The translations under genes were made by a program, and so were the position numbers. From NCBI GenBank assembly GCA_016930875.1, contig JAFGFW010000026.1:1755-65754 (forward strand): DNA of 64,000 bases. The letters are read 5' to 3'. Below are positions 17,145 through 25,819 of the stretch, in pieces; the stretch's first letter is position 1; each line of letters begins with the position of its first letter. The DNA is from Deltaproteobacteria bacterium. GTDB taxonomy: Bacteria; Desulfobacterota; Desulfobacteria; Desulfobacterales; C00003060. Below the pieces are notes generated by a model. That model had not been told where the DNA came from, made no database searches, and saw only the letters and a program-made list of their open reading frames with translations.

Positions 17145-18023
17145 TCTTGGCCAAGGGCAATACGGTCTTGTTTTCCAACGCTGATGGACCCAGAACCACT
17201 GATCCGGATAGCGGCGAACAAAGGACTCGATAACCCTGTTATACCCTTGTGTGTTGGCTTCTATATCCTTTCTCATGTCTCCGGTCTTGACAAGCGGGAC
17301 TTCCTGCCCAACTTCTGCTTTGAAGCCCCATGTCTCTCGCACTAGAAACAGCGGAACCACTGGCGTTTTAGTCTTTAGGGCCAGAAGCGCCAGCCCTTTA
17401 CTCGTACAGCATATGCGACCAAGGAAGTCGACAAAAACTCCTTCATACCAATCAACGTTCTGGTCCATTAGTAATCCGACTATATTTCGTTGTTTCAAGC
17501 TTCCCAAAACCGTCCGCATTGAATCCTTAGGGATCAGTCTGCCGCCAAAACGCGTCCTCAGTTTTCCAAAAAATCCCTCAAGTGGTAGGAAATCAAGCGG
17601 ACGAACAACAATGCTGGTGGGATAACCTATCATGGCCGCTATGATAGTCAGAAGTTCCCAGTTGCCAAGGTGAGCAGTGAGGATTAGCACTCCTTTGTCC
17701 TTTTCATACGCACTCTTGAGGTTGGACAATCCTTCGATTCTGAAATGCTTGTCAAAATCTTTTATCTCCAACCTCAAGGACCATCCTATCTCAAACACAA
17801 CCCGCACGAGGTTTTTAAAAACCTGTCGGCCGAGTATCCTAATCTCTGTTGGGTTTTTCTCATTGGCAAAGGCATAGGAAAGGTTATCCAGAGCAATCTT
17901 CCTGTGCTTCTTGTCAGCCAGAAATATGATATGCCCGATGAGATCACTCAATCGCGAAGCCCAATTCCTCGGAACAAGGCCTAAGAGCCCGAACAAGGTC
18001 GCAATCACGGGTTCAGAGTTCAC
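17136..18023 (-). CDS. lipid A biosynthesis (Kdo2-lipid IVA) late acyltransferase family protein
   Basis: 295 aa, GTG start; LpxL/HtrB-like layout (LTAHLGNWE H-x4-E/D-like motif) and position between lpxK and waaF. Confidence 0.75.
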   Translation of the reverse strand: MNSEPVIATLFGLLGLVPRNWASRLSDLIGHIIFLADKKHRKIALDNLSYAFANEKNPTEIRILGRQVFKNLVRVVFEIGWSLRLEIKDFDKHFRIEGLSNLKSAYEKDKGVLILTAHLGNWELLTIIAAMIGYPTSIVVRPLDFLPLEGFFGKLRTRFGGRLIPKDSMRTVLGSLKQRNIVGLLMDQNVDWYEGVFVDFLGRICCTSKGLALLALKTKTPVVPLFLVRETWGFKAEVGQEVPLVKTGDMRKDIEANTQGYNRVIESFVRRYPDQWFWVHQRWKTRPYCPWPREQ

Positions 18024-18154
18024 TGTTCAGGGTTACCTTTCTTTCGTTGACCTTGATCGTAAGCCAGCAAGTACTTAATGAAACCACGAATGACCAATTG
18101 CCATGCCTCAATATCCTCAAATCGACCTATTCTCATGCCTTCTCCAGTCAGAAC

Positions 18155-19420
18155 TCACGAATCACCTGCCCGCTCGCCAAGCTTCCGAGGCGGGCGGGAC
18201 GGTTTCAGCCGTCGCAGCCAGTGCTTTGGCGAAGTCGGCTCAGCTTTTCGGTGAACCCTGAACCTCTGAGCCCGTAAACGGTTACCGCGCAAAGAACGCA
18301 CCTTCTTCGAGAGATAGCTACTAAAGGCTTTTTCTGCGTCCCCAAAAGAAACTCTTATCCCGAGCGCCAAGAGTTTGATCGGCCAGGAAACCCTATGAGA
18401 GATACGGACATAGTCTTTCTCAGTTGTGACCACATGTTCCACACCAGACTGGTCAGCTGATCGCCGAATCGTCTCCAAATCCTCGTCTGAATACTTGTGA
18501 TGGTCAGGAAACGAGAGGAATCTTGCCACGGCACATCCCTGGTTTTCGATCATCATTCGAAAGTCTTCGTTTCTGGCAATTCCGGAAAAAGCAAGGACCC
18601 GCCGTCCTTTTAAAAAATCAAGATCATAGCTAACTTTCTCTCCCTTGGCAAAGGGCAAAGTTTTGACTTCAGTCAGGACGTCGGGAACATGCATACACTG
18701 AAAAACAGGCCTGCCTTTTGTCAAGGTATTTAATACCCGAGAGCCTGAACGCAAAGCAACAGGGTCTGATCTCGTTAGAACAAATGCGTCACCACGTACC
18801 AGTTGTCTTAACGGTTCTCTGAGTATTCCTCTCGGGAGAAAATGGCCGTTGCCAAAAGGGCAAACAGCGTCCAACAGCACAAGATCCAAATCCCGATCCA
18901 GTTGTAGATGCTGAAATGCGTCATCCAACACAAGTATTTCAGATCCAAATTCCCGAATTGCGAGCATGCCAATTTTAAACCGATCCCTGCCCACAAGCAC
19001 TGGCACGCCGTCGAGCTTGAGAGCCATGAGATACGGTTCATCACCCGCTGCCTCAGGGCTCATGTGTATTCTTTGCCCGTCACTCACAACGCCGCCGGAT
19101 TTTTCCTTGCATCCTTTGTAGCCTCTGCTGAGCACAGCCACCTTGTAGCCCAGACCCCTCAGCAAACCAGCCATGTGGATTGTCAATGGCGTTTTTCCAG
19201 TACCGCCGACAGTGACATTACCTATGGATATTACCGTACACGGCAGTCTTCTCGATTTCAAAATCCCTTTCTTGTAAGAAAGGGCCCTCAGGCTTACAGT
19301 ACCAGCATAAGCAAGCGAAATGAGGTAAAGGGAAATCTCGAAAAACGATGTAAATCGGGACTCGCTTCCGTGAATCATGACAGATTCTATCTTTTTCCGA
19401 AGGAAACTCACGTCGTACAA
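18155..19420 (-). CDS. lpxK: tetraacyldisaccharide 4'-kinase
   Basis: P-loop GNVTVGGTGKTPL, VLSRGYKG, C-terminal FPDHHKY...VTTEKD; TTG start; carries an unusual ~45-aa basic tail (see findings). Confidence 0.85.
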   Translation of the reverse strand: MYDVSFLRKKIESVMIHGSESRFTSFFEISLYLISLAYAGTVSLRALSYKKGILKSRRLPCTVISIGNVTVGGTGKTPLTIHMAGLLRGLGYKVAVLSRGYKGCKEKSGGVVSDGQRIHMSPEAAGDEPYLMALKLDGVPVLVGRDRFKIGMLAIREFGSEILVLDDAFQHLQLDRDLDLVLLDAVCPFGNGHFLPRGILREPLRQLVRGDAFVLTRSDPVALRSGSRVLNTLTKGRPVFQCMHVPDVLTEVKTLPFAKGEKVSYDLDFLKGRRVLAFSGIARNEDFRMMIENQGCAVARFLSFPDHHKYSDEDLETIRRSADQSGVEHVVTTEKDYVRISHRVSWPIKLLALGIRVSFGDAEKAFSSYLSKKVRSLRGNRLRAQRFRVHRKAEPTSPKHWLRRLKPSRPPRKLGERAGDS

Positions 19421-19457
19421 GTTCAGCTGTCTGTTTTTTGATAGGTGAACTATTACC

Positions 19458-20723
19458 TCAAGTCTTTAGAAATCCTTCTGAGATCTTCAGTGTCCTTTCC
19501 ACAGCTCCTCTATTGCTTTGAAACACCTCAGAGGCACGCTCCCCCATTCGTCTTGCTTTGTTATTGTCCCTCAGAAGAGCAGTTACTTCTCGAAAAAGTC
19601 CTTCACCATCGCTTACTCGAATCGCCCCCCCGGATTCAATGAGCATTTCGGCTATTGACGAGAAATCACTCATATCAGGGCCAAAGAGGATCGGTTTCCC
19701 CAGCGCCGCAGGTTCCAGCGGATTGTGCCCGCCGGACCTCACCAAACTCCCCCCAACAAAAGCGATATCTGCAAGAGCATACAATCGCCCCAGTACACCC
19801 ATTGCGTCCACCACAATCACATCGATCGCACCCGCTGAGGAAACTTGCTTCAACCCGTTCATCAGGGCCACAGTTCGTCCGGAGGGCGCAGCCAGTCTGC
19901 AGACAGCGCTCGCGCGCTCAGGGTTTCTTGGCGCAATCACAAGGACCAGCTTATGGAACTTCCTTTTCAATCTGCAAAAAATATCAAAAAGAATGGACTC
20001 TTCTCCTTCGTGCGTGCTGCCAGCCACGAGAATCTTGTAGCCAGGCGCTATCTTCAGGGATTGTCTTGAACTCTCTATCTCATTACTGGACACACAATCG
20101 ATTTCCTGATCAAACTTGAGGTTTCCCGTTATCCTCATCTTCTCTTGAGGAGCTCCGATCGACTCAAATCTTTCCGCATCCAACTCGGATTGGGCACAAA
20201 TGACCGATATCCAAGAAAAAACTGATCTCATGAAGAAAGAAAGGCGCTTGTATCCGGAAAAAGATGTTGGCGAAATCCTGCCGTTAACCAAAATAGTGGG
20301 GATCTGCCGCCTCTTCATCTCATACAGGAAGTTCGGCCAGATGTCTGATTCAACGAGAAAAAACAAGGAAGGAGTTACATTCCGAATTGCCTTCCTTACA
20401 GACCAGAGAAAATCGTAAGGAAAAAAGAAGATTGAATCAACATCACTTACCAACAGCTTTTTTGCCATCTCATGACCGGTAAGAGTTGAAACCGAAAAAA
20501 CGAGGGGACGATTGTAATAAGTCTTTCTAAGCCTTTTTACTAGGGGAACAGAGGCTAACACCTCACCTACGGAAAGGGCATGAACCCATACCGGCCTTAT
20601 CGCAGACGTCCTGACGAGGGATTGTATCCCCAAGCGCCTCAAAACTGTCTTTTTTCTCTTCTCAGAGGTCAGGACATTAACCAAGACAAGCGGAAAGGCC
20701 AACACAGTGCCTAAAAAAAACAA
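19458..20723 (-). CDS. waaA: 3-deoxy-D-manno-octulosonic acid (Kdo) transferase
   Basis: 421 aa; VWVHALSVGEV N-terminal motif and GGSLVRSGGHNPLEPA C-terminal motif of KdtA/WaaA; I could not reconcile the first ~8 codons by hand, so the start is uncertain. Confidence 0.85.
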   Translation of the reverse strand: MFFLGTVLAFPLVLVNVLTSEKRKKTVLRRLGIQSLVRTSAIRPVWVHALSVGEVLASVPLVKRLRKTYYNRPLVFSVSTLTGHEMAKKLLVSDVDSIFFFPYDFLWSVRKAIRNVTPSLFFLVESDIWPNFLYEMKRRQIPTILVNGRISPTSFSGYKRLSFFMRSVFSWISVICAQSELDAERFESIGAPQEKMRITGNLKFDQEIDCVSSNEIESSRQSLKIAPGYKILVAGSTHEGEESILFDIFCRLKRKFHKLVLVIAPRNPERASAVCRLAAPSGRTVALMNGLKQVSSAGAIDVIVVDAMGVLGRLYALADIAFVGGSLVRSGGHNPLEPAALGKPILFGPDMSDFSSIAEMLIESGGAIRVSDGEGLFREVTALLRDNNKARRMGERASEVFQSNRGAVERTLKISEGFLKT

Positions 20724-20760
20724 AATGTTATATGCAAGAATCAGGGCTTGATCCTTCTTG

Positions 20761-20806
20761 GCGGCGTAGCCGCCTTATATAAAATCGCAAAGCGATTTTA
20801 TATAAG
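20761..20806. other. tandem intercistronic hairpins between msbA and waaA
   Basis: GCGGC-gta-GCCGC (20761-20773) followed by perfect 15-bp AT-rich palindrome CTTATATAAAATCGC-aaa-GCGATTTTATATAAG (20774-20806). Confidence 0.7.
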
Positions 20807-20811
20807 CGATT

Positions 20812-22566
20812 CTATTGATTGTTATCTTCAAACTGCAGTTCATAAAGCTTGTGATACTCGCCTAGGAGAGCCAAGAGGTCTTCATGCGTTCCCTCCTCGA
20901 CAATCTTACCGTCCACAACTACGATGATCCGATCAGCGTGACGGATCGTGGAAAGTCTGTGGGCAATGACAAAGGTTGTGCGACCCTTCATGAGGTTCTC
21001 AAGGGCCCCCTGAACAGCCTGTTCAGACTCCGTATCCAATGAAGACGTTGCCTCATCCAGGATCAGTATGGGAGCGTCCTTTAAGAGCGCGCGGGCAATG
21101 CAAATGCGTTGCTTTTCCCCCCCGGAAAGCCGCACACCCTGCTCCCCAACGATGGTGCCAAATTTTTCCGGAAAAGACTCTATGAAATCATAGGCATAGG
21201 CGGCCTTGGCCGCCGCAATGATGTCGGACTCTGCTGCGTCAATGTTGCCATAAGCTATATTGTTTCCAATAGTATCATTAAAAAGAATGGGGTCTTGAGT
21301 CACGATTCCAATCTGGCTGCGAAGCGAGGCAATGGTGACATCCTGGACATCATGCTCATCAATGAGTACAGCCCCGTCTGTGACGTCATAGAACCGAGGA
21401 ATCAAGTTCACCAACGTGGTCTTTCCACCTCCGCTCATGCCTACCAGTGCTATGACCCTGCCGCTTTTGACCTCCAGGTTGATATTTCTTAAGACCATTT
21501 GGTCTTCATACTTGAAGGATACGTTCCTGAAAACCACCCCATGATGTCCTGACTCAAGCGCCCCTGCGTCTTGCCTGTCTATGATTTCCGATTCCGTATC
21601 GAGGATGTCAAAGATTCGAACAGCCGCAGCCAAGCCTTCCTGTATGGTATTGTTCAAGGGGCTGAGCTTTCTGATAGGGTCATACAACATCATCACTGCA
21701 GTGATAAAGGAGAAAAAGGTCCCGGGTGTGGAAACCCCCGTGACGACCCCATGTCCGCCGTAGAAAACGACAAAAGCAATACCCACGCCACCCAGCAACG
21801 CCATGACAGGTGAAGAAACACATCGGACTGCCACGGCTTTCATTTCATAGGTGAATAACACCAGGGTCTTTTCAAAAAAACGTCTGTTCTCATAAGGCTC
21901 CATCCCAAAGGCCTTTACAATCTTGTTGCCCGTAAAGGTCTCATGAAGCAGGGAACTCACACCGGCTACACTTTCCTGGCACCGGGTACTCAGTTTCCGC
22001 ATCCGTCTTCCGAACTTAACAATGGGGATAGTAGCAAAAGGAAGGACCACTATGGCAATCAGGGCCAGCTTCCAGTCTTGGTAGAAAATCAGTCCGAGCA
22101 AGAAGACAATGGTGAAGAATTCCTTTATCACGGCCGTAATGGCATTGGACACCATCTCTTTAAGAATACTGACGTCGTTCATAATCCTTGCCATCAAGAC
22201 GCCCGTCTCCTGTTTGTGGAAAAAGGACAAGGGTAACATCTGGATGTGACTATAAAGCTCGTCGCGGAGTCGTTTGATGATACTGAGCCCCACATAGTTC
22301 ATGAGATATCCCTGCCCAAATTCGCAGCTTCCTTTCATCACGAAAAGCAAGACAATGACAAAGGGCAGAAATTTTAACTTCGCCATGTCCTTTTCCATGA
22401 AGATCTCATCCACCACGGGTTTTATGGTATAGGCCATCGCAGCAGTAAGGCTTGCCACCAATATCATGCACATCATGGCCATGAGCAGACGAAACCAATA
22501 GGGCTTCACAAACACCAAAATCCGATGATATATCATTGACAAATCTGTATTGTTTCGCTTTTTCAC
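20812..22566 (-). CDS. msbA: lipid A export ABC transporter (permease/ATPase fusion)
   Basis: 584 aa; six-TM N-domain, Walker A GMSGGGKTT, signature LSGGEKQR, Walker B ILILDEATS; located in the lipid A operon. Confidence 0.85.
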   Translation of the reverse strand: MKKRNNTDLSMIYHRILVFVKPYWFRLLMAMMCMILVASLTAAMAYTIKPVVDEIFMEKDMAKLKFLPFVIVLLFVMKGSCEFGQGYLMNYVGLSIIKRLRDELYSHIQMLPLSFFHKQETGVLMARIMNDVSILKEMVSNAITAVIKEFFTIVFLLGLIFYQDWKLALIAIVVLPFATIPIVKFGRRMRKLSTRCQESVAGVSSLLHETFTGNKIVKAFGMEPYENRRFFEKTLVLFTYEMKAVAVRCVSSPVMALLGGVGIAFVVFYGGHGVVTGVSTPGTFFSFITAVMMLYDPIRKLSPLNNTIQEGLAAAVRIFDILDTESEIIDRQDAGALESGHHGVVFRNVSFKYEDQMVLRNINLEVKSGRVIALVGMSGGGKTTLVNLIPRFYDVTDGAVLIDEHDVQDVTIASLRSQIGIVTQDPILFNDTIGNNIAYGNIDAAESDIIAAAKAAYAYDFIESFPEKFGTIVGEQGVRLSGGEKQRICIARALLKDAPILILDEATSSLDTESEQAVQGALENLMKGRTTFVIAHRLSTIRHADRIIVVVDGKIVEEGTHEDLLALLGEYHKLYELQFEDNNQ

Positions 22567-22568
22567 AG

Positions 22569-23246
22569 CTAGTCTATTTGATGGCCATAATAGCTATCTA
22601 CAGTCTTTGTAATCCGATTGAGTTCCTCTTCGAGCATCAGCCTGCAATGCTCTCTAGCCTCTGAGTCGAGTTCCAACGGAACGTAAATTGACGTTCCATA
22701 AATAACCCGGCTTTTGTTGAATGGATAGGGCAGGATAAAGCGATCCCAACTGGCAAACACCTTCAATCTCTTAGCGCTGTAGCTTACGGGCACAATCGGG
22801 TATCCTGTTTTTTGAGCCAACGCTATGACTCCGGGCTGAACCTTGAACCGCGGCCCCCTTGGACCATCCGGAATCATGGCTCCGGGACGGATCTCTTCCT
22901 TAAGAACCTTGATTAACCTTGCCAGCGCTCGAACGGCATTTCGTGAAGTAGACCCGCGGATCGTCTCCTGGCCCTGACGGTGAAGTATCTGAGCAATGAT
23001 CTCCCCGTCTTCTGACCTGCTGACAAGTGCGACCCCGCCCCAACCCTTGAAAATGTGAGAGATCATCAATATCCTGGAATGCCAAAAGGCCAAGATGAAT
23101 TTTCCGGACTCGATGTTTCCCCTGACATTCTCAAAACCAATAACCTCAATCCGCGTAGTACTGCAAGTCAAATCGACCAAGCCCTTGCCCAGCCAGCCAA
23201 CCAGCCACCACTTCAGTCCAACCCTTTGATCTGATTTGTTAATCAT
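22569..23246 (-). CDS. DUF374 / lysophospholipid acyltransferase-like protein
   Basis: 225 aa; AFWHSRILM...SRSEDGEIIA...IPDGPRGP pattern characteristic of the DUF374 family often linked to waaA/msbA. Confidence 0.7.
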   Translation of the reverse strand: MINKSDQRVGLKWWLVGWLGKGLVDLTCSTTRIEVIGFENVRGNIESGKFILAFWHSRILMISHIFKGWGGVALVSRSEDGEIIAQILHRQGQETIRGSTSRNAVRALARLIKVLKEEIRPGAMIPDGPRGPRFKVQPGVIALAQKTGYPIVPVSYSAKRLKVFASWDRFILPYPFNKSRVIYGTSIYVPLELDSEAREHCRLMLEEELNRITKTVDSYYGHQID

Positions 23247-23257
23247 GTGGTAACAAC

Positions 23258-24394
23258 TTAGCTGCTCGAAAGTAGACCCATCGCAACCTCTGCAGCCCGC
23301 TTCGAGGCGCCTGGAGCGCCCAAAAGCTGCGCAACGCAGCCCAGTGCACGCCGCATCTCAGCAAGGGCGCTGTCATCACTGAGCAGATTCAAGGCCTTAC
23401 GAGCAATCTTTTCGGCTGAAACCTGATGTTGAATTAGTTCAGGCACAATCGATTTTCCAGCTACCAAATTGGCCAAACCAATATGTTTAACGTGTATCAG
23501 GCACTTTCCAAGCCAGTAACTCAGCCCCGAGACTTTGTACACGATGATCATGGGCGTACCTGCTATAGCCGCCTCCAACGTTACGGTCCCGGAAGCTGTT
23601 ATGAGCAATGTGGCCTCTTCCAATACGTCTCGAAGCCTATCAGAAAGGACTAGAATCCTGGCAGCCCCATTCCTGGCTATAGATTCCACCAAGGACCTAT
23701 CTACCGAAGACGCCACAGGTATGGCAAACTGGATATCTGGAATATGTTCCGACACAACATCTGCCACTTGTACCATAGTGGGAAGGAGGCGCATAACCTC
23801 TTCGTTTCGGCTACCTGGCAACAGCCCTATTAGCCGGCCTCTGCCCCCAAGATTCTGCTTTTTCTCCCCGGCCATCCTTGATGACATACTGTCCAGCAAA
23901 GGATGCCCAACAAAAGTCACAGGGACGTGCCATCTCTTGTAAAAATCCACCTCAAAAGGGAAGATCACCACCATGTGATCAACTACCTTCTTGATCTTTT
24001 TCACCCTGCCTGTGCGCCATGCCCATATCTGGGGACTAATGTAGTACAGAACAGGAACGCCCATCTTTCTGGCCATCGTGGCAACACGCAGGTTAAAATC
24101 CGGAAAATCGATTACAATGAGAAGATCAGGATGCATTCCTCTCAAGTCTTTTTTTGCGACTCCCAGGGCGTTCAGAAGCACCCTGAGCTTCAGTAAGGCC
24201 TCGGAAACCCCGACGACAGCCATTTGCGCATTGTCAACCCTTATGCGAACCCCTGCTTGCCGAAGGGCGCTGCCACCTATGCCGAAGAACTCAAGCCTGG
24301 GGTTGAGTCTCTGCATTTCCTTCACTAGACCTGCACCGTGCATGTCGCCGGAGGCTTCCCCGGCGACAATCATGATTTTTCGTTTTCCGTCCAT
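23258..24394 (-). CDS. lpxB: lipid-A-disaccharide synthase
   Basis: GT19 N-terminus IMIVAGEASGDMHGAGL; start placed at ATG 24394 (MDGKRK); the track ORF extends to a TTG at 24454. Confidence 0.85.
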   Translation of the reverse strand: MDGKRKIMIVAGEASGDMHGAGLVKEMQRLNPRLEFFGIGGSALRQAGVRIRVDNAQMAVVGVSEALLKLRVLLNALGVAKKDLRGMHPDLLIVIDFPDFNLRVATMARKMGVPVLYYISPQIWAWRTGRVKKIKKVVDHMVVIFPFEVDFYKRWHVPVTFVGHPLLDSMSSRMAGEKKQNLGGRGRLIGLLPGSRNEEVMRLLPTMVQVADVVSEHIPDIQFAIPVASSVDRSLVESIARNGAARILVLSDRLRDVLEEATLLITASGTVTLEAAIAGTPMIIVYKVSGLSYWLGKCLIHVKHIGLANLVAGKSIVPELIQHQVSAEKIARKALNLLSDDSALAEMRRALGCVAQLLGAPGASKRAAEVAMGLLSSS

Positions 24395-24484
24395 GTGAAA
24401 TAAGACTCGAGACTTGGAGTTTCGAAGATTGTTGTGAGGCTCGGTTTGGGTCAAAGGCTTTTATGAAACCACGCAACCAATGGA

Positions 24485-25447
24485 TCAGGGCTCTGTCAAG
24501 ATCTTCCTGCTACTTTCCTCAATCTGCTCAATGACGCCCAAAGCAACACACAGAGCATTCCGCCCATCACGCGCTGAAACCAGTGGAGCCTGTCGACTCT
24601 TCACTGACTCGACAAATGCCCCCAGCTCAGACTGTAAAGAATCGGCTTTTTCAAAGGATGATCGTTCCATGGACATCCCGGGAATCGGCAGGCCTGCCCC
24701 CTGACCATCCTTGCGGATAATCGTAATGCTTGAGCCCGCATAATCCACGGAGACGTAAGTGTCCTTCTGAAAGATCCGTATTTTTCGCATGTTTTTCATC
24801 GAAATACGGCTGGCAGTCACGTTGGCAACACAACCGTTTTCAAAAACCAAGCGAGCGTTTGCAATGTCCACGCGCGGAGACACGACCGGAACGCCAGCCG
24901 CTTGAATGCTCTTGAGTTCGGACTTGACAAGATTCAGTATTATATCGATGTCATGGATCATCAAATCCAAAACAACGTCCACTTCGGTTCCCCGTTCATT
25001 AAAAATACTCAAACGGTGTGACTCTATGAACAAGGGCATGCTTACGACGTTCCTCAAGGCTACGACTGCGGGATTAAATCGCTCAAGGTGACCGACCTGG
25101 ATGATCGAACCACGCGAATCTGCCATTTGTATCAGGGCATCTGCTTCTTCAAGGGTTTCTGTTATGGGCTTTTCAACCAAAATATCCACATTGTTTTCCA
25201 GGAAATCACGGCTAATGGCAAAATGAAGCGGCGTAGGCACAACAACGCTCACTGCATCGACCTTGCCCATGAAATCCCGGTAATCAGCAAACGACTCGGT
25301 TTCAAGCCGTTTTGCAACGCTTTGGGCCCTTTCGGAAATGATGTCCGCCACCCCCACAAGCCTAACGTCCTTCATGCGGGCATACTTCTCGGCATGAAAC
25401 TTGCCCAGATATCCGACTCCTATTACGCCTACACGTATTGCTTCCAT
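24485..25447 (-). CDS. Gfo/Idh/MocA family oxidoreductase (lipid A operon-associated)
   Basis: start at MEAIRVGVIGVGYLGKFH (ATG 25445-25447, GAGAGGG SD); NAD Rossmann N-domain and Gfo/Idh/MocA C-domain. Confidence 0.8.
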   Translation of the reverse strand: MEAIRVGVIGVGYLGKFHAEKYARMKDVRLVGVADIISERAQSVAKRLETESFADYRDFMGKVDAVSVVVPTPLHFAISRDFLENNVDILVEKPITETLEEADALIQMADSRGSIIQVGHLERFNPAVVALRNVVSMPLFIESHRLSIFNERGTEVDVVLDLMIHDIDIILNLVKSELKSIQAAGVPVVSPRVDIANARLVFENGCVANVTASRISMKNMRKIRIFQKDTYVSVDYAGSSITIIRKDGQGAGLPIPGMSMERSSFEKADSLQSELGAFVESVKSRQAPLVSARDGRNALCVALGVIEQIEESSRKILTEP

Positions 25448-25486
25448 GACCCTCTCAAAATATAGAGTATCTACACTAAGATACAG

Positions 25487-25812
25487 AATGCTAAAGTGAG
25501 CTAAAGTGCCTAAAATGCCAAAAATCAAAAGAATTCAGGAACTAATGAACTAAAATCAGACACAATTCCTTCAATTCCCAAATTTGATGAAGTCATAAAA
25601 AGTCGTCACTCCGGTGAAAACCGGAGTCCAGAGCCTTCGTAACTAGCTGACTAAACTGGATTCCGGCTTTCGTCGTTCGACCCTGAGGCTCTCGACGGGC
25701 CGGAATGACAAAAAATACATTTTTTGACTTTTTGCGGGTTCATCAAATTTACAATTCCTGAATTGGTAACAATTACACCCAAATTTAGGCACGTTAGCTC
25801 ATTCTAGGCATT
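25487..25812. repeat. ~326-bp nested-palindromic intergenic element
   Basis: imperfect ~28-bp outer arms (25487-25514 vs 25784-25812), inner arms GAATTCAGGA/TCCTGAATT (25531-40 / 25756-64) and AAATTTGATGAA/TTCATCAAATTT (25580-91 / 25739-50), central hairpins CCGGtgaaaaCCGG and ATTCCGGC...GCCGGAAT. Confidence 0.75.
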
Positions 25813-25819
25813 TTTTCAC

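Noticed and set aside
20695-20724. An apparent one-base inconsistency when hand-translating the first ~8 codons of waaA against the track translation (MFFLGTVLAF).
   Set aside because: This is most likely my own counting error in a C/A-rich stretch. Downstream and upstream coordinates check out, so I do not claim a frameshift and only flag the start as unverified.
25448-25528. N-terminal extensions of several track ORFs: oxidoreductase 25448-25528, waaC 15843-15923, aminotransferase 40707-40817, rplM 46402-46539, PilS-like 37633-37737, helicase 56368-56430, and the ligase-like gene 4391-4444.
   Set aside because: The extensions overlap upstream genes or repeat elements and lack homology-type sequence. 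Internal ATGs with SDs give canonical family N-termini.
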